This document shows positions 54,122-60,643 of a stretch of 60,643 nucleotides of DNA, one piece after another. The stretch is from Pseudomonadota bacterium (GTDB lineage Bacteria; Pseudomonadota; Gammaproteobacteria; Burkholderiales; Burkholderiaceae_D). The DNA lies in the NCBI GenBank assembly GCA_040390685.1, contig JAZJYB010000067.1, positions 10,375 to 71,017 on the forward strand, given 5' to 3'. The position numbers and the translations under genes were made by a program. Every line of letters starts with the position of its first letter. Position 1 is the stretch's first letter. The notes under the pieces were generated by a model that worked only from the letters and a program-made list of their open reading frames with translations, was not told the origin of the DNA and ran no database searches.

Positions 54122-54480
54122 ACGAGAACCGTCTTCCCGACTACCTTGAACACATGCAGCAGGCCACTACGGATGCGTGTGCCTTCGTGGATGGGCTCGA
54201 CAAAGCCAGCTTCCTTCAGGATAAACGTACCCAACAGGCCGTTATCATGAGCCTTATCATCATTGGCGAGGCTGCGACGAAGGTGATGGATGGTTACGCC
54301 GAGTTCACACAAGTGCACCCCGAAGTGCCGTGGCGCAGCATGCGCGGGATGCGCAATCGCATTGCTCATGGCTATTTCGACATTAACCTCGATGTGGTCT
54401 GGGAGACGGTACAGACCGCGCTGCCAGAGTTGCTGAAACAACTGCCAGCGGTACTCCAGGATGCCGCCAGTTGGCAATGA
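54118..54480 (+). CDS. HEPN/DUF86 RNase toxin (HepT-like)
   Basis: IIGEAA, MRNRIAHGY (R-x4-H-x-Y); ATGA overlap with MNT gene. Confidence 0.9.
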   Translation: MNENRLPDYLEHMQQATTDACAFVDGLDKASFLQDKRTQQAVIMSLIIIGEAATKVMDGYAEFTQVHPEVPWRSMRGMRNRIAHGYFDINLDVVWETVQTALPELLKQLPAVLQDAASWQ

Positions 54481-54483
54481 GCT

Positions 54484-55518
54484 TTATCTCAAAAACGCAC
54501 TCAACCCACGTTGAAATCCATATTCCCACTGCGCCTCTATCATTTTCACATAGGCTTCATAGCTCACAGGCATGCGCAGCTCGATCCGGTTGCGTTGCCA
54601 GACAATTTTTTTCACGATCTGATTTTCCAGCAATACCTGTTCCATGTCGGAGGTGTCAAACCAGAGGTCGGCATGCTGTTGCAGCACATGTTGCAAGCGC
54701 TGGTTGCCGTTGATGCCCAGAACGCTACGCAGTGCAGGAATCGAGAACAGCTTATCGTACGGCCCTTTTAGCTCCATGATGACTTGCTCGGCCAATTGAT
54801 GTGCGATCTCTATCGGGAACAGGTCGATCACGCCACCAACGTAGTGGCTGTCTTGATACGAGTGGCAGCGAAAATAAAACATATCCGAGACCGAGGCACG
54901 GGCGGCTTGTGCCAGCGGCATATTCACGTCGGTGAGTACATCTGCTGCAATCGCATTGCCGCCGCCCGCTTCTGCGCTCATCGGTGATTGCATTCCGTCT
55001 AGCAGAGCGGCGGCACGTGGCGTGCAGAATACTATTTCGGCAAAAAGTTTCCTTGTCCCTCTTAGCTGGCCAAGCTCGTTTTCAGTAAATAACAATTTAC
55101 CGGCAATGATGGCGACCTCGGTTTCCTGATTCGCCTGAGAATGTGGCGGCACGGGCAATTCTGACGGTATCTCAAACAAATAGTCATTGAACAGATCTGG
55201 AATTCTATGCGCAGTTTTTGTGGATAGCCCGCGCAACAATGCTGCAGTCAGCGCACGGCCTATGCTGGCTTGATGGCTAGATTTCATCGCTAGCCAAAAT
55301 TGATACATTTCTGGCGAACAAATCCAGGCCTTGCGCTGCACGTCATCCGGAAAAGCTTGAATAATGCCCGCTGCTATCGCACCACCGCAACTGGCCAACA
55401 GCAAATCAGGCGCTCTATTTTTCTGCCGCATGGCGGCATAAATACCCAGATAATAGCCAAAGCGAAAGCCGCCCCCGGCCATGACCATGCATCGCGTATA
55501 TTTTTTTTCTTGATGCAT
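54484..55518 (-). CDS. Patatin-like phospholipase family protein (atypical)
   Basis: MAGGGFR glycine loop, LASCGG nucleophile elbow, ARAS; YVGGV where DGG is expected. Confidence 0.75.
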   Translation of the reverse strand: MHQEKKYTRCMVMAGGGFRFGYYLGIYAAMRQKNRAPDLLLASCGGAIAAGIIQAFPDDVQRKAWICSPEMYQFWLAMKSSHQASIGRALTAALLRGLSTKTAHRIPDLFNDYLFEIPSELPVPPHSQANQETEVAIIAGKLLFTENELGQLRGTRKLFAEIVFCTPRAAALLDGMQSPMSAEAGGGNAIAADVLTDVNMPLAQAARASVSDMFYFRCHSYQDSHYVGGVIDLFPIEIAHQLAEQVIMELKGPYDKLFSIPALRSVLGINGNQRLQHVLQQHADLWFDTSDMEQVLLENQIVKKIVWQRNRIELRMPVSYEAYVKMIEAQWEYGFQRGLSAFLR

Positions 55519-55534
55519 ATTTAAGTTTAAGCGT

Positions 55535-56257
55535 TTACATCAAAGGTTTAACTGCAACCAAATTAATCAGAGTCTCTTCCCGGTCAACTGGCGGCACTGC
55601 GCCAAAATATTTCTCGCCGATGCCTAGATCCTCCCTGCTCCACCACAGATACGGATACGAGATAGATTCTACCGCCACCTGAAAACCCGCATCGCGCACC
55701 AGCTTGAGATATTCAGCTGCGGTTTTTTGTACTTTCATCGGGTGACGAAACAGCAGTTTAATAATCCAGGAATGGATATAGCGACGGGTGGATTCGGCAA
55801 ACAGTAAAATTCCGCCTGGCTTCAGCACGCGTAAAAATTCTGCAATCGCCTGTTCCTGATAAATCAAGTGATGGAAGGTTTGATGGCAAAAAAGGACATC
55901 AACGCTGTTATCAGGAAGACTCAGGCGCGAGCTTGAACAATGAATAAATTCCGCCTTGACGCCTGCATCGCTCGCCTCTTTTGCAGAAATCTCGAGCATT
56001 TCTGGATCGATATCGATGCCGATCAAACGCTCTGGAGAATACAGATCCGTCAATTTTTTGAGTGAACGCCCCCAACCACAACCAACGTCCGCCACGACAG
56101 GATAACTGCCCTGGCGATTTGGAATAAGGCTATCCAGATCTTTCATCGCCCTATCGAGTACATGGACAGTCCAGGTATTCGTTTGCAAAAACCACTTGCC
56201 AAATGCCGTCTCCGGCACGTGTGGTTCTATCGCCGGCATGGTCATTGGTGCGTTCAT
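55535..56257 (-). CDS. Class I SAM-dependent methyltransferase
   Basis: DVGCGWG, GIDID, LPDNSVD, RVLKPGG. Confidence 0.9.
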   Translation of the reverse strand: MNAPMTMPAIEPHVPETAFGKWFLQTNTWTVHVLDRAMKDLDSLIPNRQGSYPVVADVGCGWGRSLKKLTDLYSPERLIGIDIDPEMLEISAKEASDAGVKAEFIHCSSSRLSLPDNSVDVLFCHQTFHHLIYQEQAIAEFLRVLKPGGILLFAESTRRYIHSWIIKLLFRHPMKVQKTAAEYLKLVRDAGFQVAVESISYPYLWWSREDLGIGEKYFGAVPPVDREETLINLVAVKPLM

Positions 56258-56328
56258 AAAACTGTCCTTAATCTGTGCTCAGTTGCATTCATTTTCACTC
56301 AGTTGCACGCAAAAAAAATGCCGATGAA

Positions 56329-57234
56329 TTATTCTTCAACATTGGTCTTTGCCTTACGACCAAATAATTTGGCAACGCCGCCACCTAACAGTGCCAGACC
56401 AATTAAAATAAATTTCTTGAAAAGCAGAAGGAACGCGAAAATCTTGCCAAAGAAACCGAGCTTGGCGGCGATCCCGCCTGCCACCAAAGCAGCAATACCA
56501 TATTCAGCGACTTTATCTGTCTTACTGTCAAAATCAGCATAACGATTACCTTCGGAAAAATCTGAGAATGCCACGACATGCTGCATCTCCGTCTTGATCT
56601 GGTCAATCTGGTTCATCCCGGCTACCGCATTCAAGACCAGCACACCATCTCGACCAAGCACGCGAATATTGTAATTGAGTGAATGCTGCGCTTCATTGCC
56701 GCTCTTGATTTCTTTAGCCCAATACAGTTTGTGCGCGCTCTTGTCATAACTAGGTTTTTCTGCCCAGCCAACCAGGGTCATTGCCTGATACCCTTGTTTG
56801 ACGCGTTCTTCATTGTTTGCAGTAATCGATTCTTGCATGTCTTTCAGCAGTTCATCGTACTTGATACTATCGGCATCATCATCCTTGACGTGACCATCTT
56901 TATCAAAGGTCACGATAACGCCCCAGCTTTCGGGGCTCAGCGGGCTGACATTGGCAGGAAATATCATCCCTAACGATTTTGCGCCCGGCGGATTTCCCCA
57001 GCCTTGAACCAATACTTTTTCAGCATCATCCGGCCCCAGGTAACGGAATGATGCTGGCAAATCCAGCACGGCAATACTGCCCGGCAGAGTGATTTTTCCT
57101 TGTTGGAACTTGAGTGATGCCACAAATTCTTGCTCTGTCATTTTTTTAGTATCAGCGTCGTCGGCCGCACTGGCAATTGTCATGACTCCAAAAAAGAGAC
57201 AAAACAAGGTAATTGCTTGTATTTTTTTAAACAT
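56329..57234 (-). CDS. DUF2167-like membrane-anchored protein
   Basis: Signal peptide, WGNPP, GHVKDDDA, LNYNIRVLGRDG, DKVAEYGIAALVAGG. Confidence 0.85.
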   Translation of the reverse strand: MFKKIQAITLFCLFFGVMTIASAADDADTKKMTEQEFVASLKFQQGKITLPGSIAVLDLPASFRYLGPDDAEKVLVQGWGNPPGAKSLGMIFPANVSPLSPESWGVIVTFDKDGHVKDDDADSIKYDELLKDMQESITANNEERVKQGYQAMTLVGWAEKPSYDKSAHKLYWAKEIKSGNEAQHSLNYNIRVLGRDGVLVLNAVAGMNQIDQIKTEMQHVVAFSDFSEGNRYADFDSKTDKVAEYGIAALVAGGIAAKLGFFGKIFAFLLLFKKFILIGLALLGGGVAKLFGRKAKTNVEE

Positions 57235-57495
57235 ATATTCCATCGAGAAATGAGTAAGATGCGCCATCTGAGGCAACATCACGCATGAGGTTCGCCAAAG
57301 AGTTGGACGATGCCAGAGGCAGGTATTTTAGTTGAAATTATTATATCGAGCGTTGTATTTTGGTCAGAGACTGACGAATCTGCCAGCTTGACACGAGTTG
57401 ATAGGACGCGGCGCATTGCACGCCTGCATCCACTATCGACATCGGATGACAGTCTCAAACTTTAATGATTTGAGTTGCCAGGTCTTGCTGAACAA

Positions 57496-58374
57496 CTAGC
57501 TGAGCAAAAACTGCTCCAGCATTTTCGCCAAAATCTCTGGCTGGTCGTGATGCAGCATATGCCCCGCATCCATGATCATTTCTACTTGGACATTAGGAAT
57601 GAATGTGATGCGCCGGTCGATTTCTATTCTTGCTTCGTCTTTTGGCCCCATCCAGCGCCAGACGTCAGTGTCATTGGCTTCTACCCATAACACCGGTGCG
57701 GTGATTTTTTGCCAGCAGGCCATGACTTCTTCTACGCGATACAGCAAGGGGCTGGAGTTCTTGTGCACCGGGTCGCCCAATATTTCCCATTGACCTTGTG
57801 CATTCTCGCGTGCCCAGTGTTGCGACAAAAACGCCGCGCGCTCGTTGGATAATCTTGGATTGGTCTTTTGCAGGCGCCCCGCCACTTCTGCCTGGTTGGC
57901 GTAGGTGCGCATAGTCGGTGTGACGCGCAATTCGTCTAACCATTTTCGATAGCGGCTAGGTGCCTGTTTTGGATGGGTCAGCGGCATGCCAAAACCTTCC
58001 AGATTAATCAGTTTTTTGATACGTTCGGGTCGCACACCCGCATACAGCGCCGCCACATTCGCGCCCATGCTATGGCCTAAGAGATTGACCGGCTCATCCG
58101 GTTGAAAATGATCGAGCAGCGCATCGAGATCAGCCAGATATTCAGGAAACCAATAGGTGTCGGTCTTGGGCGCTTCGGTCAGGCCAAAGCCACGCCAATC
58201 CAATGCAATGACATGCCATTCATTTTGCAGGCAATCAACTACAAACTGAAAAGAAGCTGCAACGTCCATCCAGCCATGCACCATCACGATGAGTGGCGCG
58301 GCCTCATTACCCCAATGACGGACATGGGTTTGCAGGCCGCGGATGCTGATAAATTCTGAGCGTGATGATTTCAT
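57496..58374 (-). CDS. Alpha/beta hydrolase
   Basis: HGWMD, DWRGFG, GHSMG, AGHMLHHDQP. Confidence 0.92.
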   Translation of the reverse strand: MKSSRSEFISIRGLQTHVRHWGNEAAPLIVMVHGWMDVAASFQFVVDCLQNEWHVIALDWRGFGLTEAPKTDTYWFPEYLADLDALLDHFQPDEPVNLLGHSMGANVAALYAGVRPERIKKLINLEGFGMPLTHPKQAPSRYRKWLDELRVTPTMRTYANQAEVAGRLQKTNPRLSNERAAFLSQHWARENAQGQWEILGDPVHKNSSPLLYRVEEVMACWQKITAPVLWVEANDTDVWRWMGPKDEARIEIDRRITFIPNVQVEMIMDAGHMLHHDQPEILAKMLEQFLLS

Positions 58375-58419
58375 GATAAATTTGTAATGAATGAAGGAAT
58401 TGATCGTAAAAAACGCAAT

Positions 58420-58439
58420 AAAAGAACGACCGTTCGATA
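58420..58439. promoter_or_regulatory. Candidate TetR-type operator between divergent lipid-metabolism genes
   Basis: Palindrome GAACG-AC-CGTTC with AT-rich flanks. Confidence 0.45.
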
Positions 58440-58456
58440 ATTATACCGGAGATCTT

Positions 58457-60130
58457 ATGCCTAAGTTTAGTCCCTCGGAAAACCAATACAAATCACTGTA
58501 TCAGCAGTTTCATTGGGCTGTACCGCAGGAGTTCAATATTGCACAGGTTTGCAGCCAACGCTGGGCTAAGGATGCCGATCATGCCTCGCACATTGCGGTG
58601 TATTTCGAAGACATTCAAGGCCATAGCAAAACCCTGAGCTACGCACAATTGCAGGAACAGGCAAATCGATTGTCGAATGTATTAGTCGCGAGAGGCATCA
58701 AGCGTGGCGACGTCGTGGCGATTATTTTGCCACAACGCCCGGAAACTGCGATTGCCCTGATCGCCTGTTTGCAAATGGCGGCGATTGCCATGCCGATGTC
58801 GTTTTTGTTTGGCCCGGAAGCGCTAGCATATCGTCTGCAACATAGTGAAGCAGTGGCACTCATCATGGATGAAACTGGGCTGGATGCCTATCAACAAATC
58901 CGAGATAATTGCCCTTCGCTCCATACCGTGATTACACTAGACTGCAACACTCCTGGTGCGCTCAATTGGACGCGAGCACTCAGTCAAACTTCTACTGATT
59001 TTGCCTTGGCAAACACTCTGGCGCGCGATCCGGCCATCCTCATTTACACCAGCGGCACCACTGGTGCGCCGAAAGGAGCTTTAATATCTCACTGTGCACT
59101 CATCGGTAATTTAACTGGCTTTGTCGCGTCGCAAAACTGGTTTCCACAAGATGGCGATGTGTTCTGGTCGCCAGCTGATTGGGCCTGGACTGGCGGTCTC
59201 ATGGATGCCTTGTTGCCTACCCTTTATTTTGGCAAGTCTATCGTCGGATATCAGGGGCGTTTCAGTGCCGAGACCGCGTATTATTTAATGGAAAAATATG
59301 CGGTAACAAATACCTTTCTATTTCCCACCGCCTTAAAACTCATGATGAAGGCAAGCGCGGCACCGCGGGAGAAATATCAGTTAAGGCTACGCGCCATCAT
59401 GAGCGCCGGCGAGGCAGTCGGTGATGCAGTTTTTATGTGGTGCCAATCGGCCTTGGGTGTCACACCGAATGAGATGTTTGGCCAGACCGAAATGAACTAC
59501 ATCGTCGGCAATAGCAGTCAACTCTGGCCAGCCAAACCCGGTAGCATGGGCCGCCCGTATCCCGGTCACAGGGTTGCATTGATTGATGACGCGGGCGCGG
59601 AGATTGCCGATGGTGAAGTAGGAGAAGTTGCAGTCAATCGTTACGACATTCACGGTTACCCTGATCCTGTGTTCTTTTTAAATTACTGGAGAAATCCCGA
59701 AGCGACCACGAGCAAGTTCAGCGGCAACTGGTGCCGAACGGGCGATCTGGCGGTGCGTGATGCCGATGGCTACCTGTGGTATCAAGGGCGTGCAGACGAT
59801 ATGTTTAAAGCGGCGGGATACCGTATCGGCCCATCGGAAATAGAAAATTGCCTGGTCAAACATCCGGCGGTCAGTAATGCTGCGGTCGTTCCAAAACCCG
59901 ATCCAGAACGTGGCAACTTGGTCAAAGCGTATGTGGTTTTATGCAGCGGTATTGCGGCGACAGATCAGTTGATTGCTGAGTTACAAAGGCATGTAAGAGG
60001 AAAACTCGCACCGTATGAATATCCAAAAGAAATCGAATTTATCGATGCACTGCCGATGACCACTACAGGAAAAGTGCAAAGGCGCATCTTACGTTTGCAG
60101 GAAGAGGAACGGGCCAAAAACCAAGCTTAA
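58457..60130 (+). CDS. Acyl-CoA synthetase (AMP-forming)
   Basis: YTSGTTGAPKG, FGQTE, TGD, GRADD, TTTGKVQR; GGAG RBS. Confidence 0.93.
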   Translation: MPKFSPSENQYKSLYQQFHWAVPQEFNIAQVCSQRWAKDADHASHIAVYFEDIQGHSKTLSYAQLQEQANRLSNVLVARGIKRGDVVAIILPQRPETAIALIACLQMAAIAMPMSFLFGPEALAYRLQHSEAVALIMDETGLDAYQQIRDNCPSLHTVITLDCNTPGALNWTRALSQTSTDFALANTLARDPAILIYTSGTTGAPKGALISHCALIGNLTGFVASQNWFPQDGDVFWSPADWAWTGGLMDALLPTLYFGKSIVGYQGRFSAETAYYLMEKYAVTNTFLFPTALKLMMKASAAPREKYQLRLRAIMSAGEAVGDAVFMWCQSALGVTPNEMFGQTEMNYIVGNSSQLWPAKPGSMGRPYPGHRVALIDDAGAEIADGEVGEVAVNRYDIHGYPDPVFFLNYWRNPEATTSKFSGNWCRTGDLAVRDADGYLWYQGRADDMFKAAGYRIGPSEIENCLVKHPAVSNAAVVPKPDPERGNLVKAYVVLCSGIAATDQLIAELQRHVRGKLAPYEYPKEIEFIDALPMTTTGKVQRRILRLQEEERAKNQA

Positions 60131-60131
60131 C

Positions 60132-60643
60132 TTAGTTCGCCATCACATTCTCAAAGCGCACAAAATCACCCACTTTGACGTCTTCAGGTTTAACTTCAGC
60201 CGACAATTCGCCTATAGAAAACAATTGCTGCGCCTGGATGATGGCGATCTTGCCAACGTTGGTATGCGCTAAGCCATACTCCAAGGGTTTTGATCGAGAC
60301 GAGTTTAAGCCCATCATTGGTAATTCATTGTTGGACACTTCCACCGTAGCGAGATCGCCCGCTAGAATTTCCGAAGATTTGCCGGCATCAATCACGACCT
60401 GGCCATTTTCAACTTTGAGGATTTTTGCCAAGACTGCATGTGATTCAAGATCCTTTGTGATTAAGCTGGCCGACTCTCCCAGCAACTCGTTAATAGCCCT
60501 GCCATACGAGGTCGCATAAAAAGCCGCACTACCGAAAGGCTTATCGAGTCCGACAATTGCCTTATCTTCCGCTTGCTTATACAAGTTATGCCTGCTCAGC
60601 AGCACGCCGCTCCTTTTTTGAGAGACGCCTTGGTGCTTCGGAC
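60132..60643 (-). CDS. FlgT-like flagellar assembly protein, C-terminal part (5' partial)
   Basis: PFGSAAFYATSYG, VVIDAG, VKVGDFV resemble FlgT middle/C domains; frame open to window end. Confidence 0.55.
   Translation of the reverse strand, partial: PKHQGVSQKRSGVLLSRHNLYKQAEDKAIVGLDKPFGSAAFYATSYGRAINELLGESASLITKDLESHAVLAKILKVENGQVVIDAGKSSEILAGDLATVEVSNNELPMMGLNSSRSKPLEYGLAHTNVGKIAIIQAQQLFSIGELSAEVKPEDVKVGDFVRFENVMAN

Noticed and set aside
60612-60643. Last 30 nt (ttttgagagacgcct) resemble an IS end and translate poorly as FlgT
   Set aside because: Too short, at the window edge, and the frame stays open; cannot distinguish an IS end, an assembly artefact or real coding sequence.

Overview
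Betaproteobacterial chromosomal window, probably Oxalobacteraceae (Undibacterium-like; inferred from gene content and order). Most of it is housekeeping: a complete type II secretion cluster (gspG-H-I-J-K-L-M-N-D-E-F-C) with an adjacent M4 protease, ffs/dnaX/ybaB/recR, ubiD, ribBA-ribH-nusB, rmuC and lipid/CoA enzymes. Two accessory patches stand out. (1) About 4.4-6.9 kb, between tRNA-Pro and an atypical uracil-DNA-glycosylase-like gene that abuts gspC, is an integrase-less array of integron-type gene cassettes: four attC sites read directly from the sequence separate four unknown secreted or membrane ORFs. (2) About 51.3-54.5 kb holds three tandem, divergent paralogous exported proteins with a carboxypeptidase-regulatory-like N-terminus, two of them followed by stubs that look like the start of a deleted secreted partner gene, and then an MNT-HEPN toxin-antitoxin pair; this may be an orphan immunity array of an uncharacterised system. 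Also present: two MITE-like palindromic elements at stop codons, an inverted REP pair, a ubiquitin-like/BNR beta-propeller operon and a long structured leader upstream of a lytic transglycosylase. No CRISPR array, transposase or integrase was seen.
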